DNA of 64,000 bases from Spirochaetaceae bacterium (GTDB taxonomy: Bacteria; Spirochaetota; Spirochaetia; DSM-2461). The notes beneath the pieces were generated by a model. The model was given only the letters and a program-made list of their open reading frames with translations. It was not told the DNA's origin and made no database searches. The stretch lies in contig OZ245056.1 of the NCBI GenBank assembly GCA_965224705.1, positions 1,248,001 through 1,312,000 on the forward strand. Reading direction: 5' to 3'. Both the position numbers and the translations under genes were made by a program. This document shows, one piece after another, positions 1 through 10,332 of the stretch; positions within the stretch are counted from its first letter, which is position 1; the number at the start of each line of letters is the position of its first letter.

Positions 1-3000
1 GTGCAGAACGGCGGAAAATTGAAAACAAACTGACTCCTTTTTATAATGAGCATCTGATTATCTACACAGCATCTGATAACAGCCGCCAAATATGGCAGCT
101 CAAGATTCAGGAAAACAATAAACCAAAACAAATACATGAAGTACCCTGGTATCTGCATCAAGACACAGAAATATTATTCCAGCGACTGCGGAATATTTTT
201 TTTACCCTGGAGGAAGAAGAGGATATCACCATCGTTGATGTACAAAGAAGAATCAGCGAAAATTTTGCAAAAAACACCGATAAAGTGACAAAAAAGTTTT
301 ACGATGAATTCAAAATTCAGCACAGAGATTTTCTGAAATTTATCAATGGTATAGACGACAATCTCCCCAATCCAAACAACTCAAAAAAGCAGTGGTATGC
401 TTCTCTCATGCTGAACCGATTGATGTTCTGCTACTTTATTCAGAAAAAGGGATTCCTGGATCAGGATATAAACTATCTGAAAAACAAGCTGAACGAATGC
501 AGGGATTTATCAGGTTCAGATAACTTCTACGGCTTCTACAGAAGTTTTTTGCTCAGACTTTTTCATGACGGCCTGGGAAAACCAAAAGAAAAGCGTGAAG
601 ATGTACCATCAATTGATATGGGAAAAGTTCCCTATTTGAACGGAGGACTGTTTGACATACACGAACTGGAAAAGCAGTTCAAAAAGATTAACATTCCAGA
701 TGAGGCTTTTTCTAGAATTTTTTATTTTTTTGACCAGTGGAACTGGCATTTGGATACCAGAATTGAAGCCAGTGGAAAAGATATTAACCCCGATGTTCTG
801 GGGCATATTTTTGAAAAATACATCAATGCCCGTGCCGATATGGGCGCCTACTACACCAAAGAGGATATTACAGGTTACATTGGCCGGAATACCATTATTC
901 CCTTTCTCTTTGAGGAAACCCAAAGGCATTACTCTAGACCTTTCAAAAAAGGAGGGGAATTCACTGGTTTTGTCCAGGAAAGCGGCGATGCCTATATCTT
1001 TGATGCCGTAAAGAAAGCTGTCCCAAAGAGCGATATTTTCAGCGATCTACCGGAAGAAATAAAAGCCGGATTCAAGCCGGAAATGGAAAAACAGCTTGTA
1101 GCGGAATCAGAGAAACCCCATCTCTGGGAGCTGCGTAAGCCCTGGAATCGGTCAGCCCCTTCAAAAAAAGCACTGCCAACGGAAACCTGGCGGGAATTAA
1201 TTGCCCGCAGAAAACGTTGTCAGGAACTGCGGAAAAAAATCAACACCGGGCAAATTGAAAAAATCAACGATTTTATTACCTATAGCCTGGACATCTGTCA
1301 GTTTGCCCAGGACTACATTGCCAACACCGCCGATGCAAAATTTATCGGACATTTTTATCATGCTATCCAGAAAATAACTGTCCTTGACCCCACCTGCGGT
1401 TCGGGAGCTTTCCTTTTTGCCGCCTTGAATTTACTGGAACCCCTGTATGAAGAATGCATCACACGCATGGAGCAGTTTACCACAGAAGAAGAAGGTAAGC
1501 ATAAATTTTTTGAAGAAACACTAAGAGAGATTGATTCGGATAAGCACCCAAGCCTCAAATACTACATCTACAAAAGCATTATCCTTAACAACCTTTACGG
1601 TGTAGACATTATGAAAGAGGCCGCCGAAATTGCCAAGCTCCGTTTGTTTCTAAAGCTGGTAGCCACAGTAGACCCCAATCCTGCCAAAGAGAGTTATGGG
1701 CTGGAACCGCTGCCGGATATCGATTTTAACATAAAAGCAGGCAACACCCTGATTGGTTATTCTACCGAAGAAAAACTCAAAGAATCAATCGAAAAAAAAG
1801 ACGGCATGTTTGCCAAAAACAAGCTGGAAAAAATTGAAGAGGAATGCCAGCTAATAAGCCAGGCGTACCGCCGTTTTCAGGACTCCCAGCTAATCAGCGA
1901 TCAGGGAAGTAAAGACTTTGAAGAAGCCAAAACAAGCTTGAACAGAGCACTCTCCGAATTGAACCACAAACTCAATGGATATTTGTGTGCCGATTACGGT
2001 ATTCAGCAATGCGAAGAAATCGATGGAAAAGACGGCCAGTTTGAAGACCCGCAGAAAATGCGGGCCGTAACAAAAAAATATGACGATTGGCTCAAAAGCC
2101 ATCAGCCCTTTCATTGGTTTGCCGAGTTTTATCAAATTGTTGTCGCGAATGGCGGATTTGACGTGATTATTGGGAATCCGCCGTATGTGGAGTATAGTAA
2201 GGTTAAGAAGAAGTATAAAATTTCAAATTATGAAACTGAAAAATGTGGGAATTTATATGCAATGGTTTTTGAGCAATGTAGACTCTTATTATGTAAAAGT
2301 GGACACATTGGAATGATTGTTCAAAATTCAATAGCTTGTACTAAAAGGATGATTGGAGCGCAAAAACTTCTAGCAAATTACAATTTATATTATAGTCATT
2401 ATGATGATCGCCCAGCAAAATTATTTACTGGTATACATCATATGAAAGGGACAATCTTCTTAATTTCAAACAAAGGAAAAGCCAACAAGACATACTCAAC
2501 AAAATTTTATAGATGGCATGATGTATTAAGATATTCACTATTTCAATCAATAAAATATATAGAATATGATAAAAAAATATTACAAGAGGGGCATATTCCA
2601 AAATTATCAGAAAATATACATAGTACGATTACAAAGAAATACATCGGCTTGGGAAAAATCGATAAAAAAATAGAAAAACAAGGCCCTGTAATATATATAC
2701 ACAGAATAGCATCGTATTTCATTAAAGCATTACTAGAAATTCCTTATTTTTATAACGATGAGCAAGGGGTTAAGAAGTCCTCTGATTATAAGGTGTACAG
2801 CTTTAAAAGTAAAAATGAATCATATAAGTTTCTTGCATTATTTAACAGTACGTTTTTTTATATGTATTGGCATACATTTTATGATGGCTATCATTGTGGG
2901 AAGGAAAGTATAACGTTTTTTTTCTGTAGCAACTTACTGGGTAGCAATCTTAACGAGTTAGGAAAAAATATTGGAAAGGATCTAATTGCTAATTCAATCC

Positions 3001-3188
3001 GAAAAGAAACTTTATATAAATCAACCGGTAAAGTTATTTATGATGAATTTTATCCCAAAAAATCAAAACCAATCATCGACAAAATAGATACCGTTCTTGC
3101 TCAACACTATGGTTTCACCGAGGAAGAATTGGATTTCATCATCAACTACGATATAAAATACCGTATGGGAAAAGAGCTGAAGGATTAA
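1..3188 (+). CDS. Eco57I-like (type IIG/gamma-class) N6-adenine DNA methyltransferase, 5' truncated by the window edge
   Basis: The frame is open from position 3 (AERRKIENKL...) into the 285..3188 ORF. Motif I (LDPTCGSGAF) precedes motif IV (GNPPY), with a C-terminal TRD-like region. Confidence 0.85.
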   Translation, partial: AERRKIENKLTPFYNEHLIIYTASDNSRQIWQLKIQENNKPKQIHEVPWYLHQDTEILFQRLRNIFFTLEEEEDITIVDVQRRISENFAKNTDKVTKKFYDEFKIQHRDFLKFINGIDDNLPNPNNSKKQWYASLMLNRLMFCYFIQKKGFLDQDINYLKNKLNECRDLSGSDNFYGFYRSFLLRLFHDGLGKPKEKREDVPSIDMGKVPYLNGGLFDIHELEKQFKKINIPDEAFSRIFYFFDQWNWHLDTRIEASGKDINPDVLGHIFEKYINARADMGAYYTKEDITGYIGRNTIIPFLFEETQRHYSRPFKKGGEFTGFVQESGDAYIFDAVKKAVPKSDIFSDLPEEIKAGFKPEMEKQLVAESEKPHLWELRKPWNRSAPSKKALPTETWRELIARRKRCQELRKKINTGQIEKINDFITYSLDICQFAQDYIANTADAKFIGHFYHAIQKITVLDPTCGSGAFLFAALNLLEPLYEECITRMEQFTTEEEGKHKFFEETLREIDSDKHPSLKYYIYKSIILNNLYGVDIMKEAAEIAKLRLFLKLVATVDPNPAKESYGLEPLPDIDFNIKAGNTLIGYSTEEKLKESIEKKDGMFAKNKLEKIEEECQLISQAYRRFQDSQLISDQGSKDFEEAKTSLNRALSELNHKLNGYLCADYGIQQCEEIDGKDGQFEDPQKMRAVTKKYDDWLKSHQPFHWFAEFYQIVVANGGFDVIIGNPPYVEYSKVKKKYKISNYETEKCGNLYAMVFEQCRLLLCKSGHIGMIVQNSIACTKRMIGAQKLLANYNLYYSHYDDRPAKLFTGIHHMKGTIFLISNKGKANKTYSTKFYRWHDVLRYSLFQSIKYIEYDKKILQEGHIPKLSENIHSTITKKYIGLGKIDKKIEKQGPVIYIHRIASYFIKALLEIPYFYNDEQGVKKSSDYKVYSFKSKNESYKFLALFNSTFFYMYWHTFYDGYHCGKESITFFFCSNLLGSNLNELGKNIGKDLIANSIRKETLYKSTGKVIYDEFYPKKSKPIIDKIDTVLAQHYGFTEEELDFIINYDIKYRMGKELKD

Positions 3189-4346
3189 ATGAAACCAAAA
3201 TTAACAATCAATCCAAATGTTCTCAAATGGGCAAGAGAGGCTGTATCTCTATCACCGAAAGAGGTTGTATCCAAAATCAAAAGAGCCAGCTTTAACGAGG
3301 AAACACTAAACCGCCTTGAACGGGGTGAAGAGTATCCCGATTGGGTCCTGGCCGAAACTCTGGCGAAACTCTATGGCATTAATACTGCTGTTTTATACCT
3401 TCCTCATATTCCTCAAAACATACAGCCATTGAAGGACTTCAGAACCGTTTCCGAATCCTTTGGCCGGGATTCAGTTCTATTTATGAGAACCATTCAGGAA
3501 AAACAGGCATGGATGAGCAATTATAGAAAATCACAAGGATATGATGCCTATGATTTTGTTGGGAGCTTGTCGCTGATCTCTGAACTGCAGGAATTTCAGC
3601 AATTTTTTGAACGTTCCTTGAAAATAAACTTTTCTGCCTATTGGGGGAAAAAAAATCCGAGCGATCCATTAAAAGACTTCATCGCCCTAACGCAGGACTA
3701 TGGAATCAGTGTATCCCACACCTATGGAACACACGGAAAAGCCGTGCTTGATGTTGAAGAAATTCGAGGCTTTGCCATCGCCGATGCCTACGCCCCTTTT
3801 ATTTTTATCAATAGCCAGGATTCAAAAAAAGCACAAGTATTTACCTTTGTTCATGAGATCATTCATCTCTTGATAGGAGAATCCGGCGTTTCAGACGCAT
3901 CCTCAAAAAACCGGCATAGAATTGAGCGGTTCTGCAATCACATAACAGCCGATTTGTTAATGCCCCGAAGCGGCATATTGGATAGCATCTGTGATTTTTC
4001 AAGCGAGGATGGGATCCGCTGTGCTGCTGATTATTTTCAGGTGAGTATGAAGGCACTGCTCATACGGCTCAAGACCCTTGGGATTCTTTTTAATGATGAT
4101 TTCAATGCTTATTACGGTAAGGCCGGACAATTCGATGCGCCTATTACTGAAAAAGACAAAAAGAAAGATTCCGGGGGGCCCTCATGGTTCCTCATGCGGT
4201 CATTACTCAATGGAAAACCTTTTTCTCAAGCGGTTATTACAGCCTACAGCAACAACGATATTTCAACCAGAGAAATGAGTACACTTCTCCAGATAAAACA
4301 CGAGAAATTATCTAACTACATTGAAAAGGGGGCAATCTATGGATGA
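3189..4346 (+). CDS. XRE-HTH + ImmA/IrrE-family metallopeptidase
   Basis: N-terminal HTH (LKWARE...LNRLERGE) and an HExxH motif (FTFVHEIIH) followed by IERFCN. ATG directly abuts the upstream stop. Confidence 0.85.
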   Translation: MKPKLTINPNVLKWAREAVSLSPKEVVSKIKRASFNEETLNRLERGEEYPDWVLAETLAKLYGINTAVLYLPHIPQNIQPLKDFRTVSESFGRDSVLFMRTIQEKQAWMSNYRKSQGYDAYDFVGSLSLISELQEFQQFFERSLKINFSAYWGKKNPSDPLKDFIALTQDYGISVSHTYGTHGKAVLDVEEIRGFAIADAYAPFIFINSQDSKKAQVFTFVHEIIHLLIGESGVSDASSKNRHRIERFCNHITADLLMPRSGILDSICDFSSEDGIRCAADYFQVSMKALLIRLKTLGILFNDDFNAYYGKAGQFDAPITEKDKKKDSGGPSWFLMRSLLNGKPFSQAVITAYSNNDISTREMSTLLQIKHEKLSNYIEKGAIYG

Positions 4347-4791
4347 TTATTGCATGGATTCCAACTTTTTCATTGAATTTAGTAAAAGCCATCCTGTTGA
4401 CCTGTATCAAGCATTTTGGGATTTACTCAACGAGCTAATAGAAGAAAAAACCATTTTTATCCCGAAAGTCGTGTGGGATGAGATTTCAAGTAATTCCACA
4501 GTATCATCTTCTATAAATAAAACGGGAATAATACGAGACTTTACGCAGGAAACCGACACACAGATGCAAAAAATCATGCAAGACCCCACCATGCAAAATA
4601 TGATTGACAATAAAAGTCTCAAAAATGGAGCTGATCCTTTTGTTATTGCTTATGCTTTGGCCTATAATGCCACTCTGGTTGCAAACGATGGCGGCGTAAA
4701 GGAATACTGCCGCAAAAAAGAGATTAAATGCATTGGGCGTAATGATTTTTTAAGAGAGCTAAAAGTATCATTTAGCGTACAGCGGGGCTGA
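4339..4791 (+). CDS. PIN-domain protein (DUF4411-like)
   Basis: YCMDSNFFI...VWDEI...ADPFVIAYA...LVAND PIN acidic motifs; overlaps the ImmA gene by 8 bp, the usual DUF4411 context. Confidence 0.75.
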   Translation: MDDYCMDSNFFIEFSKSHPVDLYQAFWDLLNELIEEKTIFIPKVVWDEISSNSTVSSSINKTGIIRDFTQETDTQMQKIMQDPTMQNMIDNKSLKNGADPFVIAYALAYNATLVANDGGVKEYCRKKEIKCIGRNDFLRELKVSFSVQRG

Positions 4792-4795
4792 GCCT

Positions 4796-5269
4796 ATGTT
4801 CTACAGGGGAAACAGGGATTTATTAGCTCTGAATAAAACAGGTTTTCTTTGTTCCAGGAAAATCCCGGCCAATGCTGTTCTAAAGAGTTATGAATGGGCA
4901 AAGAATGCCCGAAAAGAAGGCACTTGTGTTATCTGCGGGAATCATTCGCAACTTGAAAAAGATGTCTTTCAAATCTTGTTAAAGGGAAAACAACCAATCG
5001 TTCTCTGTTTAGCAAGAACGCTTTACAGCCGTTGGGATGCAGTGATTGAAGAGTCTATTCAGAGCGGGCGGCTTCTGGTCATTTCACCGTTTGATTCATC
5101 CATAAAACGGATAAGCCGAATCACAGCAGAAAAAAGAAATCGTTTGATTATGGAACTCTCTGACGATATTGTGGTGGGTTATGTTGGCGAAGGCGGGCTG
5201 TTAGAAAAACTATTGCGCGAGAAGGTCTATACAACATTGATTGAGCACACCCCGCCAGTGCCCACTTAA
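4796..5269 (+). CDS. Short DprA/SMF-like (SLOG fold) protein
   Basis: GNRDLLAL..GFLCSRK...GNHSQLEKD...RLLVISPF...AEKRNRLIMELSD resembles the DprA Rossmann core. Confidence 0.65.
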   Translation: MFYRGNRDLLALNKTGFLCSRKIPANAVLKSYEWAKNARKEGTCVICGNHSQLEKDVFQILLKGKQPIVLCLARTLYSRWDAVIEESIQSGRLLVISPFDSSIKRISRITAEKRNRLIMELSDDIVVGYVGEGGLLEKLLREKVYTTLIEHTPPVPT

Positions 5270-5498
5270 CAGCCATATCTCCACGATCAATAGCGAACGA
5301 ACCGAAGGCAATACGAAAGCTTTTGACCGGATATCCCAGCTGTGAATCTGAAAAATTTTTTGCGTAAAGATGCCCCAATTTCGTCCACAATATTTGCTTG
5401 CTGAGGACAATCTATCAATTATTTTCATACAAACGGCCGCCGAATGGCAGTCCAAAATCTTCCAGTTTCCTTTGATTTGTGTTTTCCTTGCGATACAT
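5270..5498 (-). pseudogene. IS5-family transposase N-terminal remnant
   Basis: Manual translation after a GGAGG RBS gives MYRKENTNQRKLEDFGLPFGGRLYENN**IVLSKQILWTKLGHLYAKNFSD..GYPVKSFRIAFG. This matches the LPFGGxL..NRW start of IS5-type transposases and contains two in-frame stops. Confidence 0.65.
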
Positions 5499-5695
5499 GA
5501 TTCCTCCCTGGTGCAAGGGGGTTTGGAGATTTCGAGTTTTTTCCTTGCACTTGAGGACATTTTAGATACATTCAAGTCTTTTGAGAATATCTCCTTTGTT
5601 CAAACGCACAACATAATCTGTTTCGCGCATTATTTTCTCTCCCATTATTCTAATGATCGGCATATCCAATGTAGATTTTTAGCCTTGAAGGGATA

Positions 5696-6904
5696 CTAGT
5701 GTTAAGTTAACTTGAACATGACGGTATCATGTTGTATACTTTACCTGAACAGGAGGTTGTTATGGCAAAGTATACGATTAAACTTTCCAAAACTGAAGTT
5801 GAAGAATTGACAGCAATTATTCATAAAGGGAGGCATACATCGCAGGCCTTTCGCACTGCATATGTCCTACTAAATTGTGATAAGGGAGAGTATTCTCAGG
5901 ATACTTTTGTTAGCAATGCTGAGATTAGTAAAATATTGAGAATCGGAGATCGAACCATCGACCGGATTAAAAAGAAGTTTTTTGAAGACGGATTTGAAGG
6001 CGTATTGGAACGTCATCCTTCACTGCAAAATTACACAAAGAAAATGGATGGCGACCTGGAAGCAAAGCTTGTGGCCCTGTGCTGCAGTGAACCACCAGAA
6101 GGCTACGCTAAATGGAGTCTAAGGTTATTGGCAGATAAACTGGTGGAACTAAATTATGTCGAGAGTATTTCCCATGTTTCCGTTCGAAGAGCTTTAAAAA
6201 AAACGAACTTAAACCCTGGAAAGTAAAAGGTTGGGTAATCCCGCCAAAACAAAACAGTGAATTTGTGGCCAATATGGAGCATGTGCTGGATGTCTACAAA
6301 CGCCCCTACAACAACAAAATTCCGGTTGTCTGCATGGATGAGTCTCCAAAGCAATTGATCGAAAATGTTGCTACCCAGGCGATAAAACCGGGGAATGAGC
6401 GCAGGGTTGATTATGAATATATCCGTCATGGCATGGTTAATATATTCATGGCTAATGAACCTCTGAAAGGATCACGCATAGTGGAGGTGACGAAAACCAA
6501 AACAAAAAAGATTGGGCTCATTTCATGAAAAAGGTTTCAAAATCTTATCCCGATGCGGATAGAATCTGTATAGTAATGGATAATTTTAAAACCCACAACG
6601 CATCGGCTTTTTATGAGACTTTTGACCCCGAAGAAGCACGAATACTACGAGAACGTTTTGATTTTGTATACACTCCCAAACATGGTTCCTGGTTGAATAT
6701 GGCAGAAATTGAATTACATGTATTAAACCATCAATGCCTGAATAGGCATATACCTGAGCAAAGCAAGGTTGAAAGTGAAGTAAAAGCATGGGAGCAGACA
6801 AGAAACGCAAAAGTAGCAACGATAAACTGGCAATTTACAAATGAAAAGGCAAGGGTAAAACTAAATCGTTTGTATCCGTCATTACATGATTAACATAACA
6901 CTAG
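5696..6904 (+). mobile_element. IS630-family insertion sequence
   Basis: Imperfect 29-bp terminal inverted repeats CTAGTGTTAAGTTAACTTGAACATGACGG and CCGTCATTACATGATTAACATAACACTAG, with TA at both ends. Confidence 0.9.
5762..6893 (+). pseudogene. IS630 transposase split into three ORFs
   Basis: HTH ORF (WSLRLLADKLV), then DDE pieces (CMDE, VMDN, TPKHGSWLNMAEIE). The first break at the A8 run (~6196-6203) is the usual IS630 frameshift site; a second break at an A-run near 6505-6509 disrupts KKDWAHFMK. Confidence 0.8.
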
Positions 6905-7063
6905 GAGTCTGTCGGACTTAAGGCTCCAAGGCGATTTCTGATGATTTTTCTCCGATACAAGGCACAAAAGCGGAGCGTAGCTGGGCTGCGTGAGCATTTT
7001 GGCAACGAAGTAGCAGTGGTAAAGATCAAGCCAGAAACGGAATGGGTGTTTTTTAGAGGGCCC
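6905..7063 (+). mobile_element. MITE, hybrid-ended copy
   Basis: Starts with GAGTCTGTCGGACTT (as at 20449 and 54135), carries the GGAGCGTAGCTGGGCT core, and ends in GGGTGTTTTTTAGAGGGCCC (the end type seen at 11109 and 15460). Confidence 0.75.
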
Positions 7064-7123
7064 TTGAGATTGTAAAACATTGAAAAAGGAGTAAGAATGG
7101 CAAAGAAACAGGAGTGAGGAGCG

Positions 7124-7549
7124 ATGAAAAGAATATTCTTCGGCTTGTTTGCCGCATTGACCGTAACAGCTTACGCCGACTCATTCGGAGATATTCAGGG
7201 AGTAAAGCTTATCCGCGTTTATGATGGTGATACATTTTTCGTGAATATACCGGGAGTACACCCCCTTCTTGGCGATGAGATCGGCATCCGGGTACGGGGC
7301 ATTGACACGCCGGAAATACGGGCGAAGTGCGATGAGGAAAAAAAGATGGCTTATGAGGCCCGCCGGATGGCGGAGGATGTTCTGCACGGAGCGGCCCGCA
7401 TTGATCTTGTGGATGTGGAGCGGGGCAAGTATTTTCGGATTGTAGCCACTGTATTGGCCGACGGCGTTAGTCTGGGAACAAGCCTTATTGATGCTTCTCT
7501 TGCGGTACCCTATAACGGCAAGGGTAAGACGCACGATTGGTGTGAATAA
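7124..7549 (+). CDS. Secreted thermonuclease (SNase family)
   Basis: Signal peptide; VYDGDTF, IRVRGIDTPE and GKYFRIVA motifs. Confidence 0.9.
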   Translation: MKRIFFGLFAALTVTAYADSFGDIQGVKLIRVYDGDTFFVNIPGVHPLLGDEIGIRVRGIDTPEIRAKCDEEKKMAYEARRMAEDVLHGAARIDLVDVERGKYFRIVATVLADGVSLGTSLIDASLAVPYNGKGKTHDWCE

Positions 7550-7608
7550 AGCCATTTTTATTAATGAAAGACCTGCCCATCATCGGAAAACGGAGTGCTC
7601 CCGCAGAA

Positions 7609-8643
7609 TTACATTAGCTTTCCTATCAAGTCAGTAAAGGCATCTACCTGAGCTTCATCCGTGGCCCAGGAAGTAACCATCCGAATAACGGAATTCTGTT
7701 CATCAATGCTGTCCCATATATAGAATTCAAATTTGTCTTGCAGGGATTCAATGACGCTATTTGGCAGGACTGGAAATATCTGGTTGCTTTCTGTGGGGGT
7801 TCTAAGAATACAGCCTGCCCCAACCAGTGCGTCCGAAAGTTTCTGTGCCATCGCATTTGCATGACGAGTAAGTTCAAAAAAGAGGTTATCCGAGAATAGT
7901 TCTCGAAACTGAATGCCCAGCAGCCTTCCTTTGGCCAGAAGAGCACCGCGCTGTTTTATGTGAAAGGAAAAATCATCGGCCAGTTTTTCGTTAGGAATTA
8001 CTATGGCTTCACCCAGCAAAGCTCCCGCCTTGGTGCCGCCAATCCAAAAAATATCCGTATATTCTGAAACTTCTCCCAGGGTCAGGTCATTGACTCTTGA
8101 TGACAGGGCCACGCCTAATCTGGCTCCATCCAGTAACAGAAACAGTCCATTTGCCCTGCAAATCTCTGACAGACTTTGCAACTCTGCTCTGGTATAAACG
8201 GTGCCCGCTTCTGTTGCGTTAGAAATATAGACAAGACGGGGCCTGGCCATATGGGGGAAGTGAGCATTGTCGGCTATCGCTTTTTCGATATCACCGGAAC
8301 CTAATTTGCCGTCCTCGGAGGCTATCGTGATAATTTTATGTCCCGTAGCTTCTACTGCCCCGGTTTCTCTGACTGCAATATGTCCTGTAAACGGGGCTAT
8401 AACCGCCTCGTGCGATCGGAGAACGCTCGCAGCAATAATTATGTTGGCAAGTGTGCCGCCCGCAACAAAATGAATGGGAATATCTGGCCGACCCAGATGT
8501 CTGCGTATTAAACTTCTGGCTTGCTCAGAATACTCATCACTTCCATAGGCCGTCTGCTGCAGCAGATTTGTGCCTGTCAATGCTTCAAGAATACCTGGGT
8601 GACACCCCTCGCTATAGTCGTCTAGAAAGCTGTACTTGCACAT
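7609..8643 (-). CDS. ltaE: Low-specificity L-threonine aldolase
   Basis: FLDDYSEG, GGTLAN, LDGARL, IGGTKAG (PLP lysine) and RMVTSWAT motifs. Confidence 0.85.
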   Translation of the reverse strand: MCKYSFLDDYSEGCHPGILEALTGTNLLQQTAYGSDEYSEQARSLIRRHLGRPDIPIHFVAGGTLANIIIAASVLRSHEAVIAPFTGHIAVRETGAVEATGHKIITIASEDGKLGSGDIEKAIADNAHFPHMARPRLVYISNATEAGTVYTRAELQSLSEICRANGLFLLLDGARLGVALSSRVNDLTLGEVSEYTDIFWIGGTKAGALLGEAIVIPNEKLADDFSFHIKQRGALLAKGRLLGIQFRELFSDNLFFELTRHANAMAQKLSDALVGAGCILRTPTESNQIFPVLPNSVIESLQDKFEFYIWDSIDEQNSVIRMVTSWATDEAQVDAFTDLIGKLM

Positions 8644-8705
8644 TTTTTCCTCCTTTTTCTACAGTGTCAGCACCGATGCTGGTAGAGGAGTTAGCGTCTC
8701 TCTCA

Positions 8706-9320
8706 TCAATCACTCAACCTTAAATCTTTGTAAAACGGTACTTGTTTTATTCTCTCGTAAAAGCTTTCTCTACTGATTAAATAGATGTTAGAATTTATTT
8801 TTCCTGCTGCAGGGTAAACTTCATCGATATTTCCAATTTTTAAACCACCAACAGCTTCAATATATGGTATAGCTGCTAAATTCTGTACTGGCTTAACGAC
8901 TGTTGTGGTCAGGATGAAATCTGCTCCTTCACCAAAAGCTGTACTTGCTAACTGATATGCCAAAGAAATGGATAACCTTTTATAAGATTTCAAAAAAGCA
9001 AGCTGCTCAAAATAGGCGATATTGCTTTCTTCTAAATCCTTCAGATTAATTGTCCAGCTTGCAGTTCTTCGTTTTTCCCACAACATGCTGTTTCTAACAA
9101 TGCTGTCAGGCAATACAATACCGAAACCAACTACATTATCATTGGCAACTGCTGTCAAACATTTTCCATTTTTTATGTAAAACGTATAGGTATCAACATC
9201 TGTTCCCAGTAAAAATCCTCCGCTATTCTTATCATTTAAAGATAAAACAAGTTGGTTTTTGACTTCCACAAAATGCTGTGCATCTTTAAGAATGGATTTT
9301 CTAATCATTCGACTCATCAA
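8706..9320 (-). CDS. Hypothetical protein, possible GNAT fold
   Basis: AT-rich ORF overlapping the desaturase gene; VVGFGIV and N-x-A-A...Y..VG patterns weakly resemble GNAT. Confidence 0.5.
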   Translation of the reverse strand: MMSRMIRKSILKDAQHFVEVKNQLVLSLNDKNSGGFLLGTDVDTYTFYIKNGKCLTAVANDNVVGFGIVLPDSIVRNSMLWEKRRTASWTINLKDLEESNIAYFEQLAFLKSYKRLSISLAYQLASTAFGEGADFILTTTVVKPVQNLAAIPYIEAVGGLKIGNIDEVYPAAGKINSNIYLISRESFYERIKQVPFYKDLRLSD

Positions 9321-10239
9321 TAATTCGGGGGCCTTTTAACTGTTGGACAACAGCCTTAAAAAGGCTCCAGGTGTTTTGGTTTTTTTCTGAAAACTCTTCC
9401 GGTAAGTCCTTGCGTTTTTTCGGGAGGTCATACCATGGGATATGCGGGTACTGATGATGCGTTGCATGTTCGTTGAGATTCATTAATACCCAGGAAAAGA
9501 AAGGGGTATGATTCACAGACCGTACATTATATTTAACATGATTGCCAACAGTAGTTTTGTAGTGAAATGCGTAAATAAATAACGATAGAATCCAGGCAAA
9601 AGAGAGTAACGGATACCCTAAAGTCCATAAGTAAACATCACGCCCAAATGAAAAGTAGACAAACAAATGTAATCCCACTCCCAGAGCAAATAGCAGTATA
9701 GCCTGAAATTGATTTTTTAACGTCCAGCCATTGAATGCCGGTGAGATTTTTCTTGCTACCCTGGGAGGAATAAAAAGAAACAATACGACAGAAATTAAAG
9801 AGTGCAAGAATAACCCTCCGAAAAATATACCTAAATACCAGAGCACATAAAAACAAACAGTTTTTATCAATGTTGGATTCTTCGTTGTAAACGTATCCAA
9901 TGCCGATGTATGGTTGTCTTTCCTATTAAAACCATGGTGGAACATATGAATTTTTCGATAAATATTTATCGGTGTCATTAATGGTAAGAGTATAATACTT
10001 CCTACAACGTCATTTAACAGCTTGCTTGAAGTGAACAATTTTCTATGAGAGGCCTCGTGTCCTACAATAAAAAATCGGTAAAGCCAGAATCCCTGGAATA
10101 GAACAAGTATGGAATAAAGAAACCATTTAAAAAAAGCGTTTTCAATTTCCTGTTCATGGACGTAAACAGATAAAAAACAAACGCCGATAAAAATGAAAAT
10201 GGTTTCGAATATTAATTTTACGTTTTTAGCTGTATTCAT
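9301..10239 (-). CDS. Membrane fatty acid desaturase family protein
   Basis: Three His boxes (HEASH, HMFHH, HATHH) and several transmembrane segments. Confidence 0.85.
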   Translation of the reverse strand: MNTAKNVKLIFETIFIFIGVCFLSVYVHEQEIENAFFKWFLYSILVLFQGFWLYRFFIVGHEASHRKLFTSSKLLNDVVGSIILLPLMTPINIYRKIHMFHHGFNRKDNHTSALDTFTTKNPTLIKTVCFYVLWYLGIFFGGLFLHSLISVVLFLFIPPRVARKISPAFNGWTLKNQFQAILLFALGVGLHLFVYFSFGRDVYLWTLGYPLLSFAWILSLFIYAFHYKTTVGNHVKYNVRSVNHTPFFSWVLMNLNEHATHHQYPHIPWYDLPKKRKDLPEEFSEKNQNTWSLFKAVVQQLKGPRIIDESND

Positions 10240-10332
10240 GCTGTTAAATCCTGAGAGGTCGTATGGGGCCTATTGTAACCGACTGCTGGTTTGGGTTCAA
10301 TGGCAGGAAGGAGTGACCATGCTGACAAATCG

